From assembly GCA_040285855.1 (NCBI GenBank), contig JAUFOQ010000003.1, forward strand, positions 124,001 through 188,000: DNA of 64,000 nucleotides, in the 5' to 3' direction. The stretch is from Eukaryota sp. GEM-RC1 (lineage: Eukaryota). The position numbers were made by a program, and so were the translations under genes. How positions within the stretch are numbered: the stretch's first letter is position 1; the number at the start of each line of letters is the position of its first letter. Of this stretch, positions 47,678 through 59,028 are shown piece after piece. Under the pieces are notes generated by a model. It did not search any database. It worked only from the letters and a program-made list of their open reading frames with translations, and was not told the origin of the DNA.

Positions 47678-50600
47678 ATGGTTCATAATGCTTCAAAAAC
47701 TATCGATGATGGTAATACAGCTTGTGCTAGAGTAGCATACGAGCTGTCGGATGTGTTTTATGTATATCCTATAACACCATGTATGATTCTATCGATCTAT
47801 CTCATCAAAGCATCTTCCATGTCAGAACAAGTCGAAAAATGGTCCGGAAAGAGACAAACAAACGTATTCAACAACATACCTGCAGTCCATCAACTACAAA
47901 GTGAAGCGGGATGCATAGGATCTGTCTTTGGTAGCGCTTCCTGCGGCCTTCTTGCTACAACCTTTACTTGCTCACAGGGCCTCCTTCTCATGGTTCCTGA
48001 ACTTGTACGCCTCGCAAATACATTCACACCCTCAGTACTTCATGTTAGTGCTAGAGCTGTCTGTACTCATGCTATGAACATTCAATGCGACTACTCTGAT
48101 GTATATGCGACCAAACACACTGGAATTTGCATCTTGGCCAGTGCTAACACTCAAGAATGTCATGATCAAGCCCTAATTGCTCATCTAGCCGCAATTGAAG
48201 GGTCCATGCCCTTCCTCCACTTCTTTGACGGAATGACAATCTCACACGAAATCAATACCTACATACCCATAGAAAAACAACTCATTCAACAACTGGTTAA
48301 CGAAGAGGCTCTAAGAAGATGGAGGAACTCCAGAATAATGACAGTAGACAACCCAACAGTAAGAGGAGGGGTTCAAAACAATGACACTTACTTTCAGACT
48401 GTTCAAGCTGGAGACCATCACTTTGAAAGAATGCCTGGAATTGTGGAAGATGTCATGGACAAGTTTGCTAGCAAAACCGGTCGTGTATACAAACCTTTCC
48501 AGTACTGGGGGTCTAAACAAGCTACCACAGTAGTAGTATGCATGGGGTCCTCAGTGGATGTTGTAAAGCCTGTGGTTGAGCATTTGGTATCTCAAGATGA
48601 GTCAGTTGGAGTGTTACAAGTTCGGCTGTTCCGCCCCTTTTCAATCTCTCGCTTCCTCTCCACTCTTCCATCTTCTGTTGAACTTCTCTGTGTCCTAGAT
48701 TGTACTCATGAACCTGGTGCTGTTGGAAATCCTCTCTATCTCGAAGTTGCTTCTGTTGTTAGTCAATCCAAACTCAATGTAAGAACAATAGGTGGAGAGT
48801 ATGGTGTTGGAGGCAAGGCTTTCACCCCTTCTTGTGTGATTTCTCTCTTCGATTACCTTAAAGGACCTAACATTCGTCATAACTTCACCATCAACCTCAA
48901 CGACGATCTTCTCCACTCTAATATTCCTCTCACCAAAACCATCAACACCATCCCTAAAGAAACCACCCAATGCTTGTTCTATGGTCTGGGGTCTGACGGT
49001 ACTGTTAGCGCTAACAAACAAGCTATTTCTCTCATCTCTAATGAGACCACTCTCTACACTCAGTGCTTCTTCCAATACGATGCTAAGAAGAGTAACGGAT
49101 ACTCTATCAGTCACTTGAGGTTTGGTCCAAGTGTTCTCAGAGCCCCATACTCAATAGAAATGGCTGATTTCTTATCATGTTCAAACTTCGCCTATGTTTC
49201 TAAGTTCAAGTTGATACCCCGTCTGAAACATGGAGGTACTTTGTTACTCAACTGTGAGTGTTCAAATGAAAAGGATTTGTTAAGAGCCTTGCCCTCTGTG
49301 GTTGTACGGGAAATAGCTGAGAAGAACATCAAGGTCTTCACCATTGATGCTAACAGAATTGCCAAAGAGTCAGGGATGGGAAGAAGAATCAACATGATCA
49401 TGCAAACGTCATTCTTTGCTTTGACAGACATCCTCGAAACCGAGAAAGCAATTTCTTTGTTAAAGTCAAGTGTAGTGGCAACTTACTCAAGAAAAGGAGA
49501 AGATATCGTCAACAGAAACATTGAGGCCATCGAGAAAACTTTAAAGGAAGTTACTGAGATTAGGTATCTAGTTAATGATTGGCTTTCAATCACTGTTACT
49601 CATGATGATTCTAAGTTCAAAGAAGCTCCACATTTGGTTAAGAATATCCTGTCTAGAATGTGGTCAATGGAAGCTGATACTTTGCCTGTCACTGAATTTT
49701 TAAATTATGTAGGTGGCTCTTTTACTTTAAATTCTTCTAAATACGAGAAACGAGACGTTGCTCTTAAGATTCCAATCTGGGATGCATCTAAATGTATTTC
49801 CTGTCAAGAATGTGTCGCTGTCTGTTCTCACTCTGCAATCAGACCTTTTGTTCTACGTGACGATAACTCTACTACTGAACTTCCTACTACTGATTTGAAG
49901 GGACAAAAGACCAAGACTTGAGGTACAGAATCCAAGTCTCCAGTTTAGACTGTCTTTCTTGCTCACTCTGTTCCTCTGTATGTCCTAAAGACGCTCTAAC
50001 AATGGAAACAGTTACTGAGAAGAACAAAATCGAAGCTGCTCAGAATTGGGATTACTTACTCAAGAACAATGTTAACAATTCCCTTTCTTTTAAAAAAGAA
50101 GACTAGCAGAGAGATTAACTTTAAAGAACCCCTTGTGTTCAATTCTCCTGCTTGCGCTGGTTGTTCTATTACCATGGTTGGAAGAGTCATGACTCAAATC
50201 TTTGGCACAAGACTTTACCTCACCATCCCCTGTGGCTGCAGTCACGTTTGCCTTGGTCCTAAGCCTTCCGCTCCTTACTGTACTGATGACAAAGGCAGAG
50301 GAGCTCCTCAGATTGGGTCCCTGTTTGAGGATGGGGCTGAGACTACCTTTGGAATGGCTGTGGCATTGGAGGATAGAAGAACTGATTTGGCTAATAGAGT
50401 TGAGCATTTGGTTGAAGTAAGTGATTCTGATACTAGTTTGGCTCCTGTTTTGAATAGTTGGTTAATCGAGTATCGTGCTGGAAGTGATTGTGTTGACGTT
50501 TCTGAAAAGGTAGTTGAACTGTTGTCCAATCATAAGAGTGACCCTGATCTTGAATATTTGATTGACAATCAGAATCTGTTTGTCAAGCCTAGTCCTTGGA

Positions 50601-51268
50601 TTATGGGTGGTGATGGGTTTGCTTATGATATTGGCTATGGAGGTCTGATGCACGTGCTTTCAATGGGAAGAAACATCAATGTTTTAATCAGTGACACCGA
50701 GGTTTGTTCCTTTTAACTTTTCTAATTATAGGTCTACTCTAATACTGGAGGTCAAATGTCCAAGGCAACTGCTCGATCTGCCACTGCGAAGTTCTGCTCA
50801 GTAGGTAAGAAGACTAGAAAGAAAGATTTGGGATTGGAATTGGTAATTCAACGTGATGTATATGTTGCTTCTATTGCCTATGCCTATAACAAAAACCATG
50901 CTATTAAAGCTCTCATTGAAGCTGAAGCTTACCCTGGTCCTTCGATTGTTATCAACTACAGCCCTTGTATTAGTGCTCACGGGATCAAGACTGGTCACAG
51001 TGCCATTACTCAAGCAGAACTAGCAGTTAAGTCTGGCTATTGGCCTTTGTATCGGTATAACCCTGAATTACAAGGATCTTCTAAAGGACCACTGACTATT
51101 GATTCTAAGAAGATTAGCGTTCCTTTAGAGGAGTTTTTGGGTAATGAAGTGCGGTTTAGTTCTTTAGGACCTGAGGTAGCTGAAACTTTGATTGGTGAGT
51201 TAAAATCTGATGTCGAGTATAGAAACGCTTTATTGGAAAATCTTGCTCGATTTTATAGAGAAATTTAG
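47678..51268 (+). CDS. PFOR: pyruvate:ferredoxin oxidoreductase, single-chain; 2 introns and 2 apparent frameshifts
   Basis: YPITP, QSEAG, GLGSDGT, YDAKKS, two CxxCxxCxxxC ferredoxin motifs, ACAGC, GGDG..YDIGYGGL, DTEVYSNTGGQ; frame changes near 49910 and 50095. Confidence 0.95.
47781..47810 (+). other. 30-nt in-frame, stop-free intron
   Basis: GTATGA...CAAAG; removal converts YPITPCMILSIYLIKASSM into the conserved-type YPITPSSSM. Confidence 0.85.
50702..50731 (+). other. 30-nt intron
   Basis: GTTTGT...CTAATTATAG; removal restores DTE-VYSNTGGQM. Confidence 0.92.
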
Positions 51269-51748
51269 ATCCATTTATTGATTTGTAAATTTTATTATGG
51301 ATTTTGTCTCATTGCTATTGGATTGTCTTTCTGTTCCTTGCTGATTCTGATTTTAATCAGACTATCTTGATCATTTAAACAACTTTCAGTCTCCCTCACA
51401 TTGACTACAATGAGTTCAAGTCTCTTGAACTTGATTTGATGTCAACTATTGTGCAGGCTACAACCTACCGTTATCATATCAATGCACATTAGCCAGTGAA
51501 AGTGACAGTTTCTCAGAAAATCCAAAATGAATTTATTTGAAATCTGATGGTCATATATCAAATAATGATTAAATTGTTTAAAATAACAACAAAAGGCTAG
51601 AATATAAACACAAAGAACAGTGACAAATCAATGCCATACATACCCAATCGCCATCAACTCAAAAAATGAGTGAAATTTATAATCACAACCAAAATCCAGA
51701 ATATGTACATGGTGAAATTGAATAAAAATTTGAATATTCTTATTCACA

Positions 51749-52954
51749 TCACTCCTTTGGTTTGTCTTTAAATATCTGCAAATGATCTCTGTAATAGTGA
51801 ACATAAACTTCACTCTTAATATGAAAACAAGAAGAACAATCACCAAACCCACACTTCCACTTCAAATAAACACCTTTCCCCTCAACTTTCTCCACTTCAG
51901 GAAGTAAACCTGGGTCTACCCCAATACCTTCCAGTGCAGCTCTAGTACCAGCCAGTTTCCGACACCAATAGTTACGAAGATATCTTCTAGAAAAGTGACT
52001 GGGAAAGTGATTAGCGATTGTAGAGAAATCATGACCGTGTCTGGCAACTAACGTGATAAGCTTCTGATCATCTTCATCACCCCATGAAACTTCCTGTTCA
52101 TTCTCATGCAGGGCAAAACTAGATTCAAGAGACTTCCGAAGAGGATCGTCAGCATCACGTCGCTTTATGAGCCGTATACGTGACCTAATGTCTTTTGTAG
52201 AACGATTTGGCAGGAATAAATCTCGTAACTTTTCAACTTTCCGCCCAAACTTAGCCACCCCTGCTATCAAAAGTCGATCTTCTTCATCAGAGAAAGCTTG
52301 TAGGGAAGAACTAAGTACAGAAGGAACAGATGAGATAGAAGAGGGAGAAAGAAGAGGATCCAGGGAAGTGAAAGTTGATAGAAGCTTGCTGACGTCATCA
52401 TCGTCTAGTGGGAAGTTGCAGTTGGATAAGAAGGATATGAACTGGTTGAATTGGTCTAAGTGGGAGGAGTAGAAGTGGGTGTCCCTAGGGTTCAGAATTC
52501 CCACAACAGAAAGGAATCCTGAAGCAGCACAGTAGAGTTGGAAGGAGTGTTGAAGGTGAGCTAGCAGGGGAGTGTAAGCAAAGAAAGTGGATTGAGAGGT
52601 GGCACTATAGAGGATGGACTGGATTAACAATTGGATATGGGAAGACATTTGCCAACGTAGAGTTTGGAGTTGGTCAACAGTGACTGGTCCTAGAGCATCT
52701 GAGATGTTATTGTTAGAGGCATCGCTTTTGAGTGCTTCTAGTTCTCTTTTGGAGATGACAATAACATCATCATCAGCGGTGGTTGATGGGTTAGTTTCAT
52801 CTTGAGCAAGAAAGTCTTCGTCATCGTCAGAAGAAACAGTGGCGAGAAAGGCGTAGAATTGACTTGGATCTGAATTAAAGAGGTTGGGGTTGCGCAGGAT
52901 ACGTTCTGCTTGATAAGTATCAAAAGATTCAAATGCTGAGCCTTTGGTTTGCAT
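51749..52954 (-). CDS. Myb/SANT-domain protein, GON4L/DUO3-like, with C-terminal C2H2-like finger
   Basis: QMSSHIQLLIQ motif; two Myb repeats (FSDEEDRLL..G, WGDEDDQKL); terminal C..C...H....H; first ATG at 52954. Confidence 0.7.
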   Translation of the reverse strand: MQTKGSAFESFDTYQAERILRNPNLFNSDPSQFYAFLATVSSDDDEDFLAQDETNPSTTADDDVIVISKRELEALKSDASNNNISDALGPVTVDQLQTLRWQMSSHIQLLIQSILYSATSQSTFFAYTPLLAHLQHSFQLYCAASGFLSVVGILNPRDTHFYSSHLDQFNQFISFLSNCNFPLDDDDVSKLLSTFTSLDPLLSPSSISSVPSVLSSSLQAFSDEEDRLLIAGVAKFGRKVEKLRDLFLPNRSTKDIRSRIRLIKRRDADDPLRKSLESSFALHENEQEVSWGDEDDQKLITLVARHGHDFSTIANHFPSHFSRRYLRNYWCRKLAGTRAALEGIGVDPGLLPEVEKVEGKGVYLKWKCGFGDCSSCFHIKSEVYVHYYRDHLQIFKDKPKE

Positions 52955-53256
52955 TAAGCATTTGAACAAAAAGACAAAGTGACAATTTCGAATTTTTCTT
53001 GTTCAATGTGTGCGGTTTCCTATGTTCGGCTCAACACGGTGTTGGAAAATATTCAACACGTGTTGCGTGTTGGCAACACGTGTTGAATTAATTCTGAGCA
53101 GAAGAACAGACTAACTCACTTTAAGATCAACCAACAGAAAAACACACCTATTTTTCACTCATGTTGCACCCGAACCAAGTTGATCAATTATAACTGATTT
53201 TAAACGATTCCAGAACCGATAACATGAAAAGCTCATCAATAATCCATACATTTAAG

Positions 53257-53799
53257 CAGGCTTGTAAAAAACGACGTTTTTTATCGTTTTTTACGTTTTT
53301 TTCGAATTTAATAAAAAACGTTCAAAAAGGGCAGATCAACTTTTTCAACTTTTCACTTTTTCTCACTTCATTTTCATCAACCAAATCTTTCATAGTTCGA
53401 TCATTGCAGCTATGTTCTTTTGAGATTGGAAGCATAACACCATGGAAATGAAGTATAGTGCTGATCTAACGATGATCACGTGGTCAGGACGGGAAGATAA
53501 CGGGATATATGCAACAAAAACACTGTTTGAGTGTACCTGAAGGCCGTTTTACTCAGATACAGAACCAAAGATCATATACTGTACCAGTAATAGTGTCACC
53601 AACAAATATGCTTGCCTTGTTTCAGTCTGGCTTGGTCAGAAACAACAAACATGAAATAACTTCTGCCATATTAAGACAGAAGTGGAGTAGAAAGTCGTGC
53701 TTTTGTGTCAATCCAGAATGTAAAAAACGTTGACAAGAATAAAAAACGTCGTTTTTTTCAAAATACGTCTTAAACGTTTTTTATCAAGTGACAAGCCTG
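53257..53799. mobile_element. nested hAT-type MITE
   Basis: TIR CAGGCTTGT / ACAAGCCTG; 8-bp TSD CATTTAAG at 53249-53256 and 53800-53807; AAAACG repeats. Confidence 0.88.
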
Positions 53800-53902
53800 C
53801 ATTTAAGTGAACTTTGGAGTAAACTTACCTTTAAACTACCTTTAATCAATATAGTTTTATCAAGAACAGTAGAAATTTAGCCAATTTCATTGAAGTGACA
53901 TA

Positions 53903-56827
53903 CTCTAAAACATCTAATACAACGCCACCCCCAAATCCACATCTAATAGAAGGCCACCCCCTTCGGTCAAAAATATTTGCAATATTTCTCTAAAATTTCA
54001 TATGTTTTTGACCCAGTGAATTTTCTAATTTGAATTCTTTATGACCTTCACGTCTACATTTTTGACCGTCCACATCCTTCTCTTGCATTTTTGACCTACC
54101 ACTCCTCCCCTTCATCTCCTCCTCATTTCGTACATCATCATGTCTTCTTAGGCTGATGTACTTCGGAAGATTATGGTGTATTGGTAACTTTTCAGAAAGT
54201 CTTCTCGTTGTACGGCAGCTTTGTGTCACTGCGTTCTTCTTTAGTTTCCCAAGAGGATCTCCCGAATCCTACCATTCTTTCTCAATGTTATCTTCCAATC
54301 TCTCTAGATTGACTTTCCACTAGTCAAAAGAGAGAAGTCACCATACTTGACACTGATTCTTCGATAACGGACCTGCTTCTATCAGATCTTCACCTTTGTG
54401 CAAAGTCAGCCTTTTCTTTCACTGAATATGCACTTGAAGCGAACTCCTGTTTTGTGACTCTAGGTCTCTAGGATTCATTCAGCAAGAGATCGATTTTGTT
54501 CCTGTACGATGAACAGTTTATTTCTGTAGTATATTTCTATAAAGAGTTGTTATGTGCCTGCTCAAGTATAGACTCGGTTTTTACTCGTGATCCTACAACA
54601 ATGTCTCTCTATACCATAAAAGGTTATCATGATTCCAGTGTATAAGAAGCTCCAAGATTAACATAGAAATCGGTACATTTCATTGTGATTTATGAAAAGA
54701 TAGGTTGTTTCCTAAGAGGTTCATAGTCGCATTAGTGCTACTCGTACAACTGTAGCTCCTTGTGGTTCTACTTGTAGTAGTACAACGCATTCATAGGACA
54801 TGATAATGAAAAAGAAATCATAAGTACTGGTATAATAACGATGCTTGATTCAGAGTGAACATCTATAGGGTCATCATTCTGGAGAAGGTAGACAGAATCA
54901 AAACGTTCAGAAACTCACTCTCTAAAAAGTCAGAGTGGGAAATTGTCAGTAGAAGATTTTTCAGATCTGATTATCCGTTCACTCTTATCAACACTACAGT
55001 TGTTACTCATGAAAAGTACTACAAGTACTATTGTATATTATGCACGTCACTGTCGAATTATATGTTGATAACGTGATTCAAAGAACCTATATTTAGCCAG
55101 TCTTATAAATAATATTCATGATCATACATCAATGTCTCTCTATACTGTAAAAGGCTTTCATAACATCTGATTCCGATGAAATCTGTTCATCCTATGTGTC
55201 AAACGTCACATTTGACAACATTTTCTTATCAAACTCCAAAACTCCACATGTACTTTGTCGTTCATGAACCGAAATGAATGAACTGTTGCTAGCGATAATA
55301 CTCGGGAATTCATTTGGGGTGCATACTCCCCAAAATCATTTTACCCCAAATACTCTTCACCCCATAACCACATATCCCCAAACTGATACACTTATACCTT
55401 CTTTGATGGATTCCATACATCTTTTGATATCAAGTTTTGAGCTTCTTTCAAGATAGAGACGTGTTTGCAGGTATTCGTTCTTAGAATTGTGAACCGTGTT
55501 CAACCATGTCATGAATAAACTCAACGTTGTACAACCATCCTACTGCACATACATCACATTGACATCTTATCCTCCAAAGGAAAATACTATGGTTTGCTAC
55601 AACTCTGCTGGTTTGCTACAACTCTGATCGTGTAATACACTGCTGTGTCTTCAGTCATTTTTGACTGCATTTTTGCATAGCAACACAAAACATGATAATG
55701 AAATCAGACTGAGGTTACTCATTATCATCTACAAGAAGCTAATGATGTGTTTGTAGACAGTACAATGTACCAAACTGACCAATTGCAGTTGTAGATCTAT
55801 TGTGATACTTGATGGTTGTCGGATACATATCGCCAATACAAGCAATATCGTTCCCCATATCTCGATACAGCTGCTAAACACTATCTTTTCCTTAAACAAT
55901 GTGTTCAGTAGACACTATTTGGGCCAATAAACCTTTATGAAGAACAACAGACTAAACATCATCCAACAGACTGCAAACCAGAGAAGAGATGAATAGACTA
56001 CAGACCGAAACAGCGAAATCTGTTGGTCTGAGCTTTTGCCCATCATAGAGATAAGGATAGAGCTAAAACAAGAAAGAATTATGTAAGACAACAGGTTAGA
56101 ACATGAACACAACTGATTTTTGGGAACATCGTCCCCAATCTAGTTTGGGCTCGGTTATAAAGAGAATATGATAAACCAACCTTTACTACCATTGCTCCAG
56201 GGAATTCAGCCAATCCAGGAGATAGATATTCAAGTGGTTCATCAACTTGAGGGCTGTTTAGTTGAGACTCGTCAGACATAACAGAAAGAAAAGGTTCAGA
56301 AAAGATTGTTGTTTATTATGGAACATAAGCATAAACAGATCGACGATCTACAAGTAGATCGATGAAAAATGAAGGATGGAAAAAACTTGGGGTAAAGAGT
56401 TGACTTTCTCAGACGAGAATGAGGGTTGCCGTAATCAAAATGTACCTCACCAGAACGAGTACGTACTCAGTTAATCAGCATCGGGACACAGACAACGCGC
56501 AATATTTCATAAACCTTTTCAAGGTGGCATAGAGTGTAAAGAAAGGATGTAGAAGGAGAACAAGGAGGAACGTGAATCACAATGGCGAGATATACGCTAG
56601 AACAAGAAGGACATAAGAGAGAAGAAAGGGAAGGTCATAAATCAGGGTCAATAAAAAGATTGGCTGGAGCAAAAGATCAAAAAGAATTTGACTTGTCAAG
56701 ACGAATTCAGAATTTTAAAACCGGCGGTCAAAATTCCCAGAAGTCAGCAGACAGATCATAAATCTAATAGAGCGCCACCCCCTAATTTTCGGGGTTTGGG
56801 GGTGGCGTTGTATTAGATGTTTTAGAG
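53903..56827. mobile_element. nested TA-flanked DNA transposon (Tc1/mariner/pogo-like ends), degenerate interior
   Basis: Perfect TIR CTCTAAAACATCTAATACAACGCCACCCCCAAA with TA on both sides (53901-53902 and 56828-56829). Confidence 0.85.
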
Positions 56828-59028
56828 TAGAAGAATGACATATCCAACACGTGTTGAAGTTCTGACCAACACCATTCAACACGTGTTGAGGTGACTCCGA
56901 ACATAGCCGGTTTCTGATTCAGTTCTTGAACGCCTTCGTGATCTTCGTAAAAACAACTATCTGACTAATTTAGTAGTTGAGTATGATCAGTATGAGTTCC
57001 ATTGCCACTTCTCTATCGTCGCTCTCTTTTCTCAATCCCCTACCAAATGTCAGGATCAAGATCGCCTTGTGATTAGCTCTTTAGAAACGGTTGAAGATCC
57101 TTCTACTTTTGAAGCTATCATGATGTCTATGTACGGATCACCATTGGAAATTGCTGAGTCTAATCTTTCCACTGTATTAAGTATTGCACGACTCTTGAAG
57201 TACACTTTATTGGTAAATTATTGCACTAACTTAGAACATACAGGAATCCAAGCTAGTACCAACTCTTTCGTCATTAAAGCTGGAGACATACTGTGATACT
57301 TGAACAGAGAACCCACCATAGAAGTTTTACTGAAGTACCAAGACTATACTAAGTCAACAAGCCGTCTTTTACTTTGCTGTTACTCTCAGTATTTCGTTAA
57401 CTTGTGGTGCTGTCAATGGAGTGACTCCAATGACCATGAACTTAGCTTTGATCACCTTTTAAAAGTGACCAAGGAATCGTTTGAAGTGTTTTTCGAGTCA
57501 TTTGGTGGTCTTGAAATAGATATTTCCTGTCAAAATGCTTATGAATTAAGATATTTAGGTATCTATTTTGAAGTACAAACTATTGTTTCAGTATGTGATC
57601 AATTTCTAGAAGAATCTTTCAAGGAGCTCTTTATAGAACAAGCAAGTGCTTTTAATGATTTAATGTTTGTACAAAACTTTGGTTCTAGATTGGAATCTTT
57701 GGAATCATTAACTGAAATTTCAGTGTCTCCTGAAGTATTTGAAATTCTTTCATCTTTTGATCTTGATGTTCTATTTTTGGCAAAATCACTATGTCGTTCT
57801 TGGCTTAATGTTAGATCTGATTGGACTAGCAAACAGTTTAATACTTGCCTCAAAAAATGAAATCTAATTCTCATAACGTCAATCAGATTTCTGAAATATT
57901 CTCTGAATTACTTGATGAAGAAATTGAACTTCTTCTCAACAGGTTCTTACTCCGTTTAGTTCCTCTTCAAATTCAGGCATCTACTAACACTCTGTCTCAA
58001 CAAGTACAGAGTTTGGAGTCTAAGCTGGTTGTTGTACAAGAAGAAGCTGGTAAAAAGATACAAAAGGTTGAAGGCCAGATTGGTTCTGCTTTCAAAATTT
58101 TGATGCATTGTTACCTCAAATGGTGGCCAAAATGGAATGGTTATCAGGAACAGACCCTTGCAGCGGAACGAAAGCATGCATCCCCTTTCCATGGTGCTGT
58201 TGATCAGATATCTGCCATTAAAGGTCTTATTGGTGCTTTAAGGGTCAATTACACTGAACCACACTACGGGCACCATTCCTTTGCTCGGATTATAGATGCA
58301 GTCGGCCCTTTCTTAACTGATGTTGGGTGTTGGAAGGAGATCTTTTGTTCGGGATTACTGAAGGCTGATTGTGTTGGGATATATCGTGAAGTGAGTTGTA
58401 ATACTTTTCATCCGAGCATAAGTAATGATCCTAGTTTCTGGAAAGAAATTTTTCCTTTAAGCAATGTTAATATTTGGTTAATGCCTGCACAACTTCGAGA
58501 CAACGAAGAATTGTGTCGCTACATTATGAGTCGTGGCTCTGCACATGCAAGGTACGGTTTGAACTGTTGTTCTGATAGACTTAAAGGCAAGCGAGATTTT
58601 TGTGAGTTTGCAGTCTCCACATATTTTGGCAATTTTCCTGCATGTTCTCAAAATTTAAGAAGAGATCCTACCTTCTGCCCTTCTGTTAGAACAAAGTATC
58701 CTACATTGATATAGTCTAGTAATTATAGTAATACATGTACACAAAGTAACAGCGTAACAGTTTATCCAAATAGTCCAGACTTCTTTCTTATCCAAAGTTT
58801 AACAAATGAGTGATTCTGATAAAATGAAGAGACGCTATAACACTACTGTTCTATCATTGTGCTATTATCTAAGATCAAAAAACTAGGGTCATTAATTTAA
58901 GAAATTTGAACTATTGAAAACCATTATTAAATACAACCAGTATTTATAAACACCAAAACAACTAAACTTCACTTCTAAACCAATGATTAAATAATTTACA
59001 AATCAAGAAAGTAAACGTGATCTTGATT

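Larger units (their letters stand above)
53020..56906. mobile_element. hAT-type element (outer shell of a nest) inserted in the BTB gene
   Basis: TIR CTATGTTCGG / CCGAACATAG; TSD GCGGTTTC at 53012-53019 and CCGGTTTC at 56907-56914; palindromic CAACACGTGTTG subterminal repeats at both ends. Confidence 0.85.
53006..58714 (+). pseudogene. tandem-BTB plus DUF4116-like repeat gene disrupted by a transposon nest
   Basis: ATG at 53006 joins in frame to 56915 onward once the insert and one TSD are removed (MCAVSDSVLERLRDLRKNNYLTNL...FHCH); in-frame TGA at 57294-57296; frameshift near 57855. Confidence 0.8.

Noticed and set aside
49900..50110. Euplotes-type programmed frameshifting in PFOR
   Set aside because: The shifts are in opposite directions, lack a shared AAA-stop motif and lie near A-runs; indel error is simpler.
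47678..51268. Bacterial contamination or a recent HGT island
   Set aside because: PFOR has spliceosomal introns and eukaryotic neighbours.
56762..56805. Telomere-like GGGGTTTGGGGG
   Set aside because: Single occurrence forming part of a transposon TIR.
57294..57296. In-frame TGA as Sec/Trp recoding or an alternative genetic code
   Set aside because: TGA ends other genes here (e.g. 1118-1120), Trp is encoded by TGG, and this gene is already disrupted by a transposon.
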